From contig DATDXA010000029.1 of NCBI GenBank assembly GCA_035289485.1, forward strand, positions 2,691 through 66,690: 64,000 bases of DNA, written 5' to 3'. A program made the translations under genes and the position numbers. The notes beneath the pieces were generated by a model. The model searched no databases. It was not told the DNA's origin and was given only the letters and a program-made list of their open reading frames with translations. This DNA comes from an archaeon (GTDB taxonomy: Archaea > Iainarchaeota > Iainarchaeia > Iainarchaeales > Iainarchaeaceae). Numbering within the stretch: position 1 is the stretch's first letter; each line of letters begins with the position of its first letter. Below are positions 47,392 through 56,549 of the stretch, piece by piece.

Positions 47392-48223
47392 GGTTTTGGG
47401 CCAGGGCTGATGTCTCCTGCGCGGATTCCTCTATGCAGTTGAAAACGGCGCTGTCGAAAAGCGGCTCTTTGCGGTCATCTGTTGCGCCAAGCCATGCGGC
47501 ATCCCAGAGCACCAAATCAACCTGCGCATCCTTTGGGCAGAAATGCGATTCGCGGCACGCCACATCATCCACAAGAAGCGTTGTTTTTGCGGTTGCCTGA
47601 GAGGTCTGGCCAACGTTTGAAACAAGGCGCGAGAGCTTCGCCATCAAAATGCCATAGTCCGCCTTTTTGCCCTCGAAATCTATTCCGCAGAAGTAATTCA
47701 CATGCTTTTTGGCAGGATCTGGCGTGTAGGTGACGAATTTCCGAAGTGTCCCGCCAAGATTTTCCCTCTGAAAATTCGTGATGTGCAGGTACATGAATAC
47801 CGGCCTTTTTTCGGAAGGGATTGTGAGGTAGAACGCGTAATCGAAATTGTCCTGCACAGGGTTTAGAATTGATGATATCGCCTTTCCAAGAACCACCCTC
47901 TCATCTGGCCCTATCTGCTGGTCATCATAATAGTCCTCCTTTATTATTGAAAGCAAAAAATCAACTTCTGCCGTGCTCTCCGTAAGGGATGTGCGCACAT
48001 CCCTTGGCGTCGAGGAATAAAGTATCGCCTTAAGGGAGTTCGTGGCAAATGTGGTGCTCGACTCCGCACTTATCTGCTGCTTTACATTGTCGCCATATGA
48101 ATTGGCAAAGCCGAAGAGGAATATTGAAAGGGAGGTGATTATAAGAACGAAGTAGAGCGCGTCGGTTACCGCCGCCTGCCCTCTCTTGCTGCGCAGGTGC
48201 ATGATTTTTACGCTCATTTCCAC
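47375..48223 (-). CDS. Archaeal type IV pilin-like protein (class III signal peptide).
   Basis: KRGQAAVTDALYFVLIITSLSIFLFGF, a K/R-G-Q prepilin peptidase motif followed by a hydrophobic helix. Confidence 0.65.
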   Translation of the reverse strand: MEMSVKIMHLRSKRGQAAVTDALYFVLIITSLSIFLFGFANSYGDNVKQQISAESSTTFATNSLKAILYSSTPRDVRTSLTESTAEVDFLLSIIKEDYYDDQQIGPDERVVLGKAISSILNPVQDNFDYAFYLTIPSEKRPVFMYLHITNFQRENLGGTLRKFVTYTPDPAKKHVNYFCGIDFEGKKADYGILMAKLSRLVSNVGQTSQATAKTTLLVDDVACRESHFCPKDAQVDLVLWDAAWLGATDDRKEPLFDSAVFNCIEESAQETSALAQNPTSST

Positions 48224-48735
48224 GCCACCACGTACAGATGCATTGGCCTCACTATTTTGTTGTCCTCAACAACAATCGGGAAAATCCTTGTCACGATTTT
48301 TTTCCCATCGGAGCCTTCTGCGCTTAGAAAATCCCCTATGCCGAGCTCATCTCCCGAACCCGGGAGCGGATCTATGTTGGAGCAGTAGAAGAAATCGCCG
48401 CCGCTCTTGAAGAATTTTATGTCATAGATGTCAATTTTCGCTTCGCTGGAAGATTCTTGGGCATCCGGTGAAATCCCTGCAATGAATTTCAGGTTCACTG
48501 GCCCCACCTGGTCGCAGAGGCTGTGGAAATTATTGTAATTGTAAATGTAGCTGTTTGACTGCAGTGTCCTTGAAATCCTCATCATGGCAAGGTCGTCCTT
48601 GAAGTCGGCGTTTCTTGCGTCAAATGCGTTGAATGCGAGCGTGAATGTTGAGAAAAATATCACAAGCCCGAAAAGCAGCGGAATGAGCGATGGGAGATCG
48701 TCCCCGATAGGCCCGACAAACCCTTTGCTCAGCAA
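48214..48735 (-). CDS. Pilin-like protein (N-terminal hydrophobic helix).
   Basis: N-terminal LPSLIPLLFGLVIFFSTFTLAFNAF. Sits in the pilin operon. Confidence 0.5.
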   Translation of the reverse strand: MLSKGFVGPIGDDLPSLIPLLFGLVIFFSTFTLAFNAFDARNADFKDDLAMMRISRTLQSNSYIYNYNNFHSLCDQVGPVNLKFIAGISPDAQESSSEAKIDIYDIKFFKSGGDFFYCSNIDPLPGSGDELGIGDFLSAEGSDGKKIVTRIFPIVVEDNKIVRPMHLYVVAWK

Positions 48736-49445
48736 AGAAATCCCCCCTCGCCCTGGTTTCCGGAAATGTGGGCGATTTTTCCTATCCTTTCCCGGTCAAC
48801 TTCGCACCCCGCGGCCTCCTTATTGCAGCCTATTACATAAAAGCTTGTCTTGCCTGCGACGACCTCTTTTATGAACTCAAGAGAGTTCTTGGGGTTTTCG
48901 GCCTGGGGGTCTATAAAAATCGAATCCTCCTCAGGAACAGTTCCGGACCCGTCACCTGAAAGGGTGTCGTACCCTGAGCCGTTGTATGAACCCACGGCGT
49001 AGAGGTGTATTTGCGCGCTTGTCCTGAAGCTGTCTGCCGCTATTGCCTTTGGGACATATGCGCCGCTTGAAGTTGATGAGGTAAATGACCTCTTGATTTC
49101 ATCGCGCGTGTAAATGGAATAAATCAGCACGTTTATTTTGCCCCCGTCTTCCATCTCAAGTTCCTGCTTTGAAACCTTCAGGACATAATAGTAGCTGCTC
49201 CCCGCAATCGCAAGCTCATCTGGGATTTGGTAAGAGTCAGTAAAGCAATAATTCGGGGAGTTCACAAGGGAGAAGGACTGCTCCTTTATTTTCGAGGCGA
49301 GCTCTGAGGCCTCCTTTACCTTTGCAATGTCTGTGAGGCTTGCCGCGAAGAACGCCACAATCGCAAATATCGCGGTAACAAGTATGAGAAGATTCAGCTT
49401 GCTTAGTATGAAATCCAGCATCTTCATCTCCTCCGGTAAACGCAC
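48729..49445 (-). CDS. Pilin-like protein (N-terminal hydrophobic helix).
   Basis: MKMLDFILSKLNLLILVTAIFAIVAFFAASL. Sits in the pilin operon, with overlapping stop/start on both sides. Confidence 0.5.
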   Translation of the reverse strand: MRLPEEMKMLDFILSKLNLLILVTAIFAIVAFFAASLTDIAKVKEASELASKIKEQSFSLVNSPNYCFTDSYQIPDELAIAGSSYYYVLKVSKQELEMEDGGKINVLIYSIYTRDEIKRSFTSSTSSGAYVPKAIAADSFRTSAQIHLYAVGSYNGSGYDTLSGDGSGTVPEEDSIFIDPQAENPKNSLEFIKEVVAGKTSFYVIGCNKEAAGCEVDRERIGKIAHISGNQGEGGFLC

Positions 49446-49984
49446 ACTTCTGGGGTTCCGCTAAAAAGGTTGAACTCCGCTTTCAGAGTGTACTGCCCGC
49501 CGCTTATTCCTTCCTGCTGGTTTTCCCACTCAACGGTTTCGTATTCGTCCGGGTTTCCAAAAACCCCCGGGTTGCACGGCGGGTCATCGCTTGGGAAGGT
49601 GGTCACCTGCGATATGCGCAGGCATTTTGTGTCGGAGAAGAGAGGGTTGTAAAATGTCAGGACCTTGCAGCTCTGGACTCCGCCACCGCAGTACGCAGAG
49701 CAGTAAGCCGGCTCCTCGCTTGTAAGAATCCTTAGCTTGCTCTCATCTTCGCGAAAGCACCCGGGAAGCTCGAACCCGACATTTGCCTTTGACTTGTTTT
49801 TTACAACGGTTTCTATTGCGGTGCGTATCTGCTCCATGCTCTGGTTCATGTTGCCCTTGCATATCTCGAAGTTGAGCTTGTCAAGGGCGTTAAATCCCAC
49901 GACGAGGACAAATCCCATGAGTATCATTGCAATGAGCAGCTCGAAGGGAGCGGACTCCTGGCCCCTTTGGGATAGCATGAGCAT
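49424..49984 (-). CDS. Archaeal type IV pilin (class III signal peptide).
   Basis: MLMLSQRGQESAPFELLIAMILMGFVLVVGF, a canonical RGQ motif plus hydrophobic helix. Confidence 0.7.
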   Translation of the reverse strand: MLMLSQRGQESAPFELLIAMILMGFVLVVGFNALDKLNFEICKGNMNQSMEQIRTAIETVVKNKSKANVGFELPGCFREDESKLRILTSEEPAYCSAYCGGGVQSCKVLTFYNPLFSDTKCLRISQVTTFPSDDPPCNPGVFGNPDEYETVEWENQQEGISGGQYTLKAEFNLFSGTPEVCVYRRR

Positions 49985-50085
49985 TAAAAGGGAAAACCAT
50001 GTATTTAAGGTTCACTTTGGGTTTGAAATGGAGACGCAGTGGCGTAAAAAGCTTGAAGTAGTTTTGGAGAAATAGGCAGAAAATT

Positions 50086-50300
50086 ATTTTTTGTCGGCGA
50101 GCACAGGCTGGTTTTGCACCAACCTTTTTCCTTGGGGAAAAACGTTGACGAAAAAAATGCGAACTCACTACTTATTCGCCAAAACCGGCTGGTTTTGCAC
50201 CAACCTTTTTCCTTGGGGAAAAACGTTGACGAAAAGAAAAGCCATCAAAACTATTTATTGGCAAGCACAGGCTGGTTTTGCACAATGTCCTGGCTCTGCT
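50086..50300. repeat. About 2.5 tandem copies of an ~80-bp repeat, each containing the hairpin TTTTTCC-ttgg-GGAAAAA followed by CGTTGACGAAAA.
   Basis: Copies start near 50086, 50166 and 50246. The cores are identical and the flanks are variable. A diverged inverted copy lies at about 50497-50550. The repeat is homologous to the element at 11272-11320. Confidence 0.8.
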
Positions 50301-50430
50301 TGAACATGGGCTTTATGAGAGCAATGATGAGGATTGCCGCAATCACGAAAACTATCAGAAGGTATACCGAGTTCCACTCGCCCTGCGCGCGCTCTTCTGA
50401 AATCAGTTTTTTGAGTGCTTTTGGCAGCAT
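50254..50430 (-). CDS. Small pilin-like or membrane peptide (59 aa), with its C-terminus encoded by the first repeat copy.
   Basis: Manual translation gives MLPKALKKLISEEREQGEWNSVYLLIVFVIAAILIIALIKPMFKQSQDIVQNQPVLANK. It has a Flp-like G-x4-V-Y hydrophobic core. It is below the ORF-track cutoff. Confidence 0.4.
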
Positions 50431-50604
50431 GAAAAAATTAGGGGGTTGAAAGTATTAAAGGTTAATGTTTGTGAATGGGGAACATAAAATTAGGCACTCT
50501 TTCTTTTTCGCCAACGTTTCAGGGCAAAACTTTGGTTTTGCTCTGCCTAGCAAACCATTTGGTTTGCAAGGTTCTTTCTCTGCAAGAGAAAGAAAAAGGT
50601 TGAG

Positions 50605-51171
50605 TTATGGGATGATTGCAACGAGGCAGACGCGCTTGCTTCCGCCATCAGATGCGAAATCGGATGAGGCATCGCTTTCATTGCAGTTCGTCACATCAAG
50701 CGCATAATCGCTGCTTTCGCCATATTCGTAATCATCCATTGTCTGGCCGATATCGCCTGACCGGTCGCACACAACAAGAAGCCTCACTTTCTGCTCGAAA
50801 TTGCCTGTATACCTTATTACCTGCGTGTTGCCTGCGCTGAAACTATCTATATTCGGGGCATTGTCCGCGACAAGAAGGCATATTTCCCCTCCCGAGAGCG
50901 CCTTTGACCCTTCCGCAACCGTTCTTGCATTCAGGCTGTCGCCATTTTTGAAGCTGACATTTTCTATGATGCCGGGAAGCCCGAGCTCATTGACCTTGCT
51001 TTTGACGGCATTAGTTGCCGCATTGTTTGCAGTGGTGCTTCCAATTGCAGGCAACACCTGCAGGGTCTGAAGAAGGATAAGGAGAATTGCGCCCGCGACA
51101 ACGGCGGCTATAAGCAGCTTAAAGACATCAAAGCCCTGCCCGCGTGCATTCATATGAACCATGGAAATCAT
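50605..51171 (-). CDS. Archaeal type IV pilin (class III signal peptide).
   Basis: NARGQGFDVFKLLIAAVVAGAILLILL. Confidence 0.7.
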   Translation of the reverse strand: MISMVHMNARGQGFDVFKLLIAAVVAGAILLILLQTLQVLPAIGSTTANNAATNAVKSKVNELGLPGIIENVSFKNGDSLNARTVAEGSKALSGGEICLLVADNAPNIDSFSAGNTQVIRYTGNFEQKVRLLVVCDRSGDIGQTMDDYEYGESSDYALDVTNCNESDASSDFASDGGSKRVCLVAIIP

Positions 51172-51237
51172 TATGCTAAAGGTTTTACAAATATATAAAC
51201 CTTGTTATTTGCGCAGGCGCAGGCGGTTTTTTTCGGG

Positions 51238-51723
51238 TTATTCGGGCGGCTCGTTGAATGAGATTTCGCACCCGACCGTGCACTGCGCGCTTGGGTTCGC
51301 GTCGCATTTTATGTACGCGTCAACCTGCTGGCCTTCTGTGAATTCAACGGTTTTGCCGCTGGTTTTTATTGAGCCGGAACTGTTTTGCGGGAAAGTTATG
51401 CACTCTCCGTCAATGCCCACATTCTTCCCAAGGCCCGAAGAGGAGAATGCCTGGCCGCGCTGGAACTGGAGGCTGTCAACGACCAGCAGATTCCCGTTTG
51501 GCTGCCGGACTGCGTTTGAAATGCCTTCGATGAACCTCTGCTTGCTGACATCTAGGCGCAGGTTCTCAAAGTATTGTATGGCGCCGATGATTATGAGAAG
51601 CACGGTGAGAGCCATTATGGCGCCTATGAGCATTTTGAATGGCTCGAACGCTTGGCCGCGCTCATCAATGAATAATTTTGTTTTTGCCCTGCGCATAAAA
51701 ATCAATTTAGATTGAGCCAACAA
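51238..51723 (-). CDS. Archaeal type IV pilin (class III signal peptide).
   Basis: ERGQAFEPFKMLIGAIMALTVLLIII. Confidence 0.7.
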   Translation of the reverse strand: MLAQSKLIFMRRAKTKLFIDERGQAFEPFKMLIGAIMALTVLLIIIGAIQYFENLRLDVSKQRFIEGISNAVRQPNGNLLVVDSLQFQRGQAFSSSGLGKNVGIDGECITFPQNSSGSIKTSGKTVEFTEGQQVDAYIKCDANPSAQCTVGCEISFNEPPE

Positions 51724-54034
51724 GTGCGTTGGAAATTATCATGCTTATCACAAACATTGCAACGGCTATCGGCAGGTACGATGCGATGTTGATTCTCACA
51801 AGCAGGTCGTTGTCCTCCTCTATCTTTGTCGTGAAGTAGGTCATTATCACGACAAGCTCTACAATGTAGAGCGCAACTATCAGTATGAACTGCGTGGGCG
51901 TTGCTATGTTTGCAATTGACTCCGGCTTTATGAAGCCGGTAGTGGTAAGGCCGGTGAAGCTCGTTCCGAAAGAGGCGCTTGATGAGGCTGAAGAAGATGA
52001 GACAATATCGGAGGATGCGATTGATGCTATTGTAACTATTACGACGCGCTGCAGGCTCGTTGTTATGCCAAGAACAATCGGGGCTATGAAAAGCGTCATT
52101 GTTTTCATTGTCCCGGTGACATCGGAGACAAGTATCTTGAGCTGGTTTGCGACCTTTTCTGCGTTCTGGAGCTGGATTGAGAGCGAAATGAGCGTGCGTG
52201 CGGCAACATTCACGCCGAGCTGTACGGAATCGACAAGCATCTTCATGGAGCCCTTTATTATGGCGGATGGTATTTTCGCAACAGAGCCGGCGTACTCGTC
52301 AAATATCGCCTGCTCAAGCGGCATCCCCGCAAGATTTATGTTGTCAAGTGTTTTTGCAAAAACCGTCCTTGATATCTTGAGGTCTGGCAGGAATTCGACA
52401 ACGTGCTTTATCGCGTCCTCAACAGGCTTATTCTCACCCATGCGTGAGGCGAGAACATAGAGTGAGTCCTTGAATTCCGATTCCATTGCCTGCACCTCCA
52501 CTTGCGCCTTGCGCTTGTAGATGTTTGAATAGTACAGGAAGATGAAGGCGGCAAGCGAGAGAGTTATGAGTACGCCAAACACCATCTTGTAGGGCGCTAT
52601 GTCGTTGTCGCCCTGTGAGAAAAAGAGCTGCTCTTCTGAGAGTACCTGCACCTTCACGCGCTGCGCAACCGAATCGCGCTCTTCGGGAAGTGCATTGCGC
52701 ACATACTGCGAATAAAGCTCTGAATAGCGCTGGCCTGTTTCATCGAGGTTAAAATAAGTAGAGGAGCGGCCGGCACTTACAAGGGCTTCTTCCTTTGAGA
52801 GGTCGGCTGGGATTATCTGCCCTGACCTGTCCTCTATTCCCAAATCATTCCACATGAACTTTGGCGGAATTCCCTGCGTGGAAACAAGAAGCGAGGCTCC
52901 AAGGCCTGCGACAAGGACCAGAATGGCCGCAAGGCGCAAATCAATCCTTATCCCACGGATGTTTGCGGTCCACTTGCGCGGGATTCCCTCGTAGTCGTCA
53001 GGAATCACTGGAGGCTCGTAAGTGGGCGGCCTGTTCTGCAGCAGGTTGTAGGCGAAGGCGATTGTGATTAGCGGGATTGCGATATTGTAAATCGTGAAAA
53101 GGACAACCGGGTTTGCAAGCGGAGCTCCGGAAAACGAGCTTCCAACAGGCAGAATTATTATGAGAAGGAGCGGCAGGAGCACTCCTATATAGAAGAGCAT
53201 TGTGCTCGGCTGTGAGAGGTCGCGCGCATACCTTTCCATCTTGTTTCTTATGCTGTCGAGCATTTCCGCAATCGTCTGGTCCAGAATAGCGTACCTTTTC
53301 GATTCGCTGTTCTCGATAACGGACCCGCGTATCCTCATAAGGGCACGCTTGAACTCGTCGCTGTACTTCCCCCACTGGTATGCGAGCGCATCAAGGCCTT
53401 CAGAAAGGGAGTTGTATGTGCCAAGCTGCACTGCCCATATGAGCTCCTTGAAATCCTTTGCGATTTTTCCTTTCCCGTGCGCTGCGGAAAACTCTATTGC
53501 GCGCTCAAGGTTTGGGACAAGCTTTATCGACATCACCATGTAGCCAAGGATTTCCGGAACATAAGTGAGCGCCTTTGTCTGCTCGCGCTTTGCCGCGATC
53601 TCTGGGAAAGTGTTGAAAAAGTTCACGGCAAATGCGGCGACTATGAGCTGCGGGCCGAATGCGACAGCATAAACTCCAAGGCCGCTCCCGCCCAGAAGAG
53701 CGAGCACTTCACTTAGTGGGGAAAATAGCGCAATTATTCCTGTAAGAAACGCGGCGCCGAATGCGAGAAGGAGAAAAATCTTTGCTGCTGCGGTGAATTC
53801 TTCGGCAGAGAGCCTCCATTTGAGAAAATCAATTGCATTCTGGTTTTGCACTGTGAACTTCCCGCCGGCTCCGAGCGAAGGAGAGTATGCATAGAGGCGC
53901 TTGCAGAGGCGCACGAAAAACGGATCCGGTTCTTTTGTAAGCTTGCGGTCCCCTTCTGAGAAGTCCTCTCCCGAGACCTTGATTTTGCGGTAAAAATCGC
54001 CGATTGTTGGGCGTGCCCTTTCATCCTGCGGCAT
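51707..54034 (-). CDS. Type IV pilus platform protein (PilC/TadC/FlaJ family, two T2SF domains).
   Basis: 775 aa with about 9 or more TM helices. Two T2SF-like cytoplasmic domains (…VPEILGYMVMSIKLVPNLERAIEFSAAHGKG… and …LASRMGENKPVEDAIKHVVEFLPDLK…). Sits immediately downstream of the ATPase. Confidence 0.7.
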   Translation of the reverse strand: MPQDERARPTIGDFYRKIKVSGEDFSEGDRKLTKEPDPFFVRLCKRLYAYSPSLGAGGKFTVQNQNAIDFLKWRLSAEEFTAAAKIFLLLAFGAAFLTGIIALFSPLSEVLALLGGSGLGVYAVAFGPQLIVAAFAVNFFNTFPEIAAKREQTKALTYVPEILGYMVMSIKLVPNLERAIEFSAAHGKGKIAKDFKELIWAVQLGTYNSLSEGLDALAYQWGKYSDEFKRALMRIRGSVIENSESKRYAILDQTIAEMLDSIRNKMERYARDLSQPSTMLFYIGVLLPLLLIIILPVGSSFSGAPLANPVVLFTIYNIAIPLITIAFAYNLLQNRPPTYEPPVIPDDYEGIPRKWTANIRGIRIDLRLAAILVLVAGLGASLLVSTQGIPPKFMWNDLGIEDRSGQIIPADLSKEEALVSAGRSSTYFNLDETGQRYSELYSQYVRNALPEERDSVAQRVKVQVLSEEQLFFSQGDNDIAPYKMVFGVLITLSLAAFIFLYYSNIYKRKAQVEVQAMESEFKDSLYVLASRMGENKPVEDAIKHVVEFLPDLKISRTVFAKTLDNINLAGMPLEQAIFDEYAGSVAKIPSAIIKGSMKMLVDSVQLGVNVAARTLISLSIQLQNAEKVANQLKILVSDVTGTMKTMTLFIAPIVLGITTSLQRVVIVTIASIASSDIVSSSSASSSASFGTSFTGLTTTGFIKPESIANIATPTQFILIVALYIVELVVIMTYFTTKIEEDNDLLVRINIASYLPIAVAMFVISMIISNALVGSI

Positions 54035-54072
54035 TTACTTGCACCGCCCACTCAAAAGTTTTGGCTGGATTG

Positions 54073-56364
54073 TCATTTCCCGCGCCCCTTTATTCTTTTT
54101 ATTAAATTGGTTTTCACCCAGTTCTTCCACTTGCCAAGCGCCTCATCATAATCTACAGAGCCAAATTCCTCGAGCTGCTCTTCTTTTAGCAGCACGAGCT
54201 TGTTGTTTGCAACAACAGTGTTCTCGGCTTCGAGTAGCTCTGGCATCTTGAACTCGTTTTTCATCTCAACCATATATGCCTTTGATTCGGCGTTCATGCG
54301 AATCCCTTTCCAAATTTTATCTATTCCAAGGCCTGAAACTTCGCTAATCCTTGTGAAGAGGTCGCTCTCCTTTAAATTGTCCTCAAGAAGGTGCAGGTTG
54401 TCCTTCACCGCATCATATGACATCAAATCAAGCAATCCGCCCTCATCATCCGGGTCATTGTTCCAGTGCTTTTTCACTTCAGTAACCTGCACAACGCGCC
54501 TGTGCCTTGAAAGCGAACCCTTAAACCTTATTGGGCGCGCGACAACAACAATATCAGTTGCCTTAAAAGAGGTTGTTGGAACGCCCAAATCATTTACAAT
54601 CCTGTCCCAAACAGAGTAGGCGCTATCTCCGTGGATTGTTCCCATCACAATGTTTCCCGCAGCGCCAACACGCATTGCTTCGTAGAGAACTTTCGCTTCC
54701 TTGCTTCGCACTTCTCCAACAATAAGGGCGCTGTCTCCGAGTCGCAGGGCCGTTCGCAGCGCTTCTTCTGGCGCTACCTCATTGTCGCTCTCGCTTGTGC
54801 CAATTGGCGAGCGGGTTTTGAGGCGCTGGACATTAAAGCCGATTTTTTTCATGTAATCGACAGGTAACTCGAGCGTGTCCTCCTGCACAATCACGCGCGA
54901 GTTCTGCAAAATTTCAAGCATCAGTGCGCTCATTAAAGATGTTTTTCCAGAACCGCGAGAACCTGTGACAAGCATCGTTGCCTGCGAATCTATAAAAAAG
55001 GACATTAGCCCCGCTGCAAGCGGAGAGAGGTATTTCACATCGACAAACTGCGCAAGTGTCCACGGAGTTGTCTTATGCAGCCTGAACGCAAAAGCCGGGC
55101 CGTCTGGCGAGAGCGGCGGGGAAATTGCCGCAACCCTTGTTTCCAAATCAGGAAGGTCGAAATCAAGAACCGGGTGCGCCTCATCAAACGGGCGCCCTGA
55201 CATCGCGCGAAGCTTTGAAATAATCCTGTCGGCTTCCTTTTGCGCGTACACAACATTTGTCTGGCACTGCCCGAACTCGGAGTGCACAAGATATATTGTC
55301 TTGCTTCCAATCGGGGCGTCTATGTAAATGTCTGTAATCCGCCTATCAGAGAGAAGGACTTCAAGAACTCCGTACCCTACAGTGTAGCGGGCAACCACTT
55401 GCGAGAGCTCAATTATTTCTTCATTGCTAATATCAATGCGCTCAGTTTTGGAAATTTCGCGCAAGGTAGACTGGTAAATCCTCTCGAAGTATCTCCTGCT
55501 CTTTGCAAGGTTTGAAAGCGATGCCCTTCCCGGCTGGTAGCTCTTGACCATTTCAATTGTTTTGTTGACCAGAAGGAACTTTTCAGGAGGAAGCGAATAC
55601 TCCGGAAGATTGATGAAGTAGAGCCGCTCGGTCTTGTCCGGGTGCTTGAAAATCTGCACCGTGGCATCCTTAACGGAGTATTCATCGAGCAGCTCAAGCG
55701 CTTCCTCATCGCCGAAAACTATTCGTGAATAGAAGAGGCTTGGTTTCACTTGCGCCTCGAAAAAACTTCGGTAGAGGTCATCGGTTTCTGGAGCCTTCTC
55801 GAATTTTGAAATCAGGGTTTTTGCATTCTTTATAAGCGAAGCCTTTTCAAATTCGGTTTTGACTTCTGAAAGAGTTTTTAGATAAATTCCAACGCGCTTC
55901 TCTTTTGGAAGAGATTCAAGCCTTGCGGTTTCGCGCGGGATTTCCTGGAGGAGCATCAGGTAAGCATTTATCGGGTCGTACAAGAGCTCATCGTGCGTTA
56001 CCTTGACAATGAGATTGTGCCGCTCGCCAAAATCCTTTTCGGATTCTATTTCGGCGTTTCCGAGGTGAGCAAAGCTCCAAATTGAATCCGCCTCGAATTT
56101 CAAATAAAGCGCCGCGATTTCCGCGAGCATTTTTGTCTGATTCTCATCATACACTCGCTCATATTTTTCTGCGAGAACGATAAGGTCCGCTTCCGCTTCG
56201 GTGAGAATTTTGAGCACGTGAAAACGGCAGTTTCGGTCGTCCGCAAGCGAAGGCGTGTAGAAAGAATCGCGCACATCTACAACGAGCGTCCTTTTCCCGC
56301 CCTCGTCCCTTACAATGTATGGCCCGACATCAAACCCTTCAATTTTCACAGCAAGCCCGTCCAA
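54073..56364 (-). CDS. Type IV pilus / secretion ATPase (GspE/FlaI/VirB11 family) with an extended N-terminal region.
   Basis: Walker A MLVTGSRGSGKTSLMSAL, Walker B/Asp box VIVQEDTLEL, and ALIVGEVRSKE. 763 aa. A TATA-like element lies about 28 bp upstream on the minus strand. Confidence 0.85.
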   Translation of the reverse strand: MDGLAVKIEGFDVGPYIVRDEGGKRTLVVDVRDSFYTPSLADDRNCRFHVLKILTEAEADLIVLAEKYERVYDENQTKMLAEIAALYLKFEADSIWSFAHLGNAEIESEKDFGERHNLIVKVTHDELLYDPINAYLMLLQEIPRETARLESLPKEKRVGIYLKTLSEVKTEFEKASLIKNAKTLISKFEKAPETDDLYRSFFEAQVKPSLFYSRIVFGDEEALELLDEYSVKDATVQIFKHPDKTERLYFINLPEYSLPPEKFLLVNKTIEMVKSYQPGRASLSNLAKSRRYFERIYQSTLREISKTERIDISNEEIIELSQVVARYTVGYGVLEVLLSDRRITDIYIDAPIGSKTIYLVHSEFGQCQTNVVYAQKEADRIISKLRAMSGRPFDEAHPVLDFDLPDLETRVAAISPPLSPDGPAFAFRLHKTTPWTLAQFVDVKYLSPLAAGLMSFFIDSQATMLVTGSRGSGKTSLMSALMLEILQNSRVIVQEDTLELPVDYMKKIGFNVQRLKTRSPIGTSESDNEVAPEEALRTALRLGDSALIVGEVRSKEAKVLYEAMRVGAAGNIVMGTIHGDSAYSVWDRIVNDLGVPTTSFKATDIVVVARPIRFKGSLSRHRRVVQVTEVKKHWNNDPDDEGGLLDLMSYDAVKDNLHLLEDNLKESDLFTRISEVSGLGIDKIWKGIRMNAESKAYMVEMKNEFKMPELLEAENTVVANNKLVLLKEEQLEEFGSVDYDEALGKWKNWVKTNLIKRIKGRGK

Positions 56365-56549
56365 ACCTTTGGCTATGAATTGGGAATTCGTATTATTATA
56401 CTTATTTATAAAGGCACGAATCCGAGATAAAGAGCATTAGGAGTGCCGGAGGGGCAATGCCGGAAAATCCGCGCGCATTCCGCCATGCACGTGCCGCAAT
56501 AATCAATACTATTTTAAATCCGGAAACCATTCATAATAAAGAGATTCAA

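Noticed and set aside
50086-50300. Possible CRISPR array.
   Set aside because: There are only about 2.5 copies with an ~80-bp period. The repeat units are about 50 bp, and the flanks are related to each other rather than being unique spacers. No cas genes are present.
50091-50449. Plus-strand ORFs of 70 and 111 aa with repeated TGWFCTNLFPWGKTLTK peptides.
   Set aside because: They are generated by reading through the tandem 80-bp repeats on the strand opposite to the pilin operon. They have no independent support.
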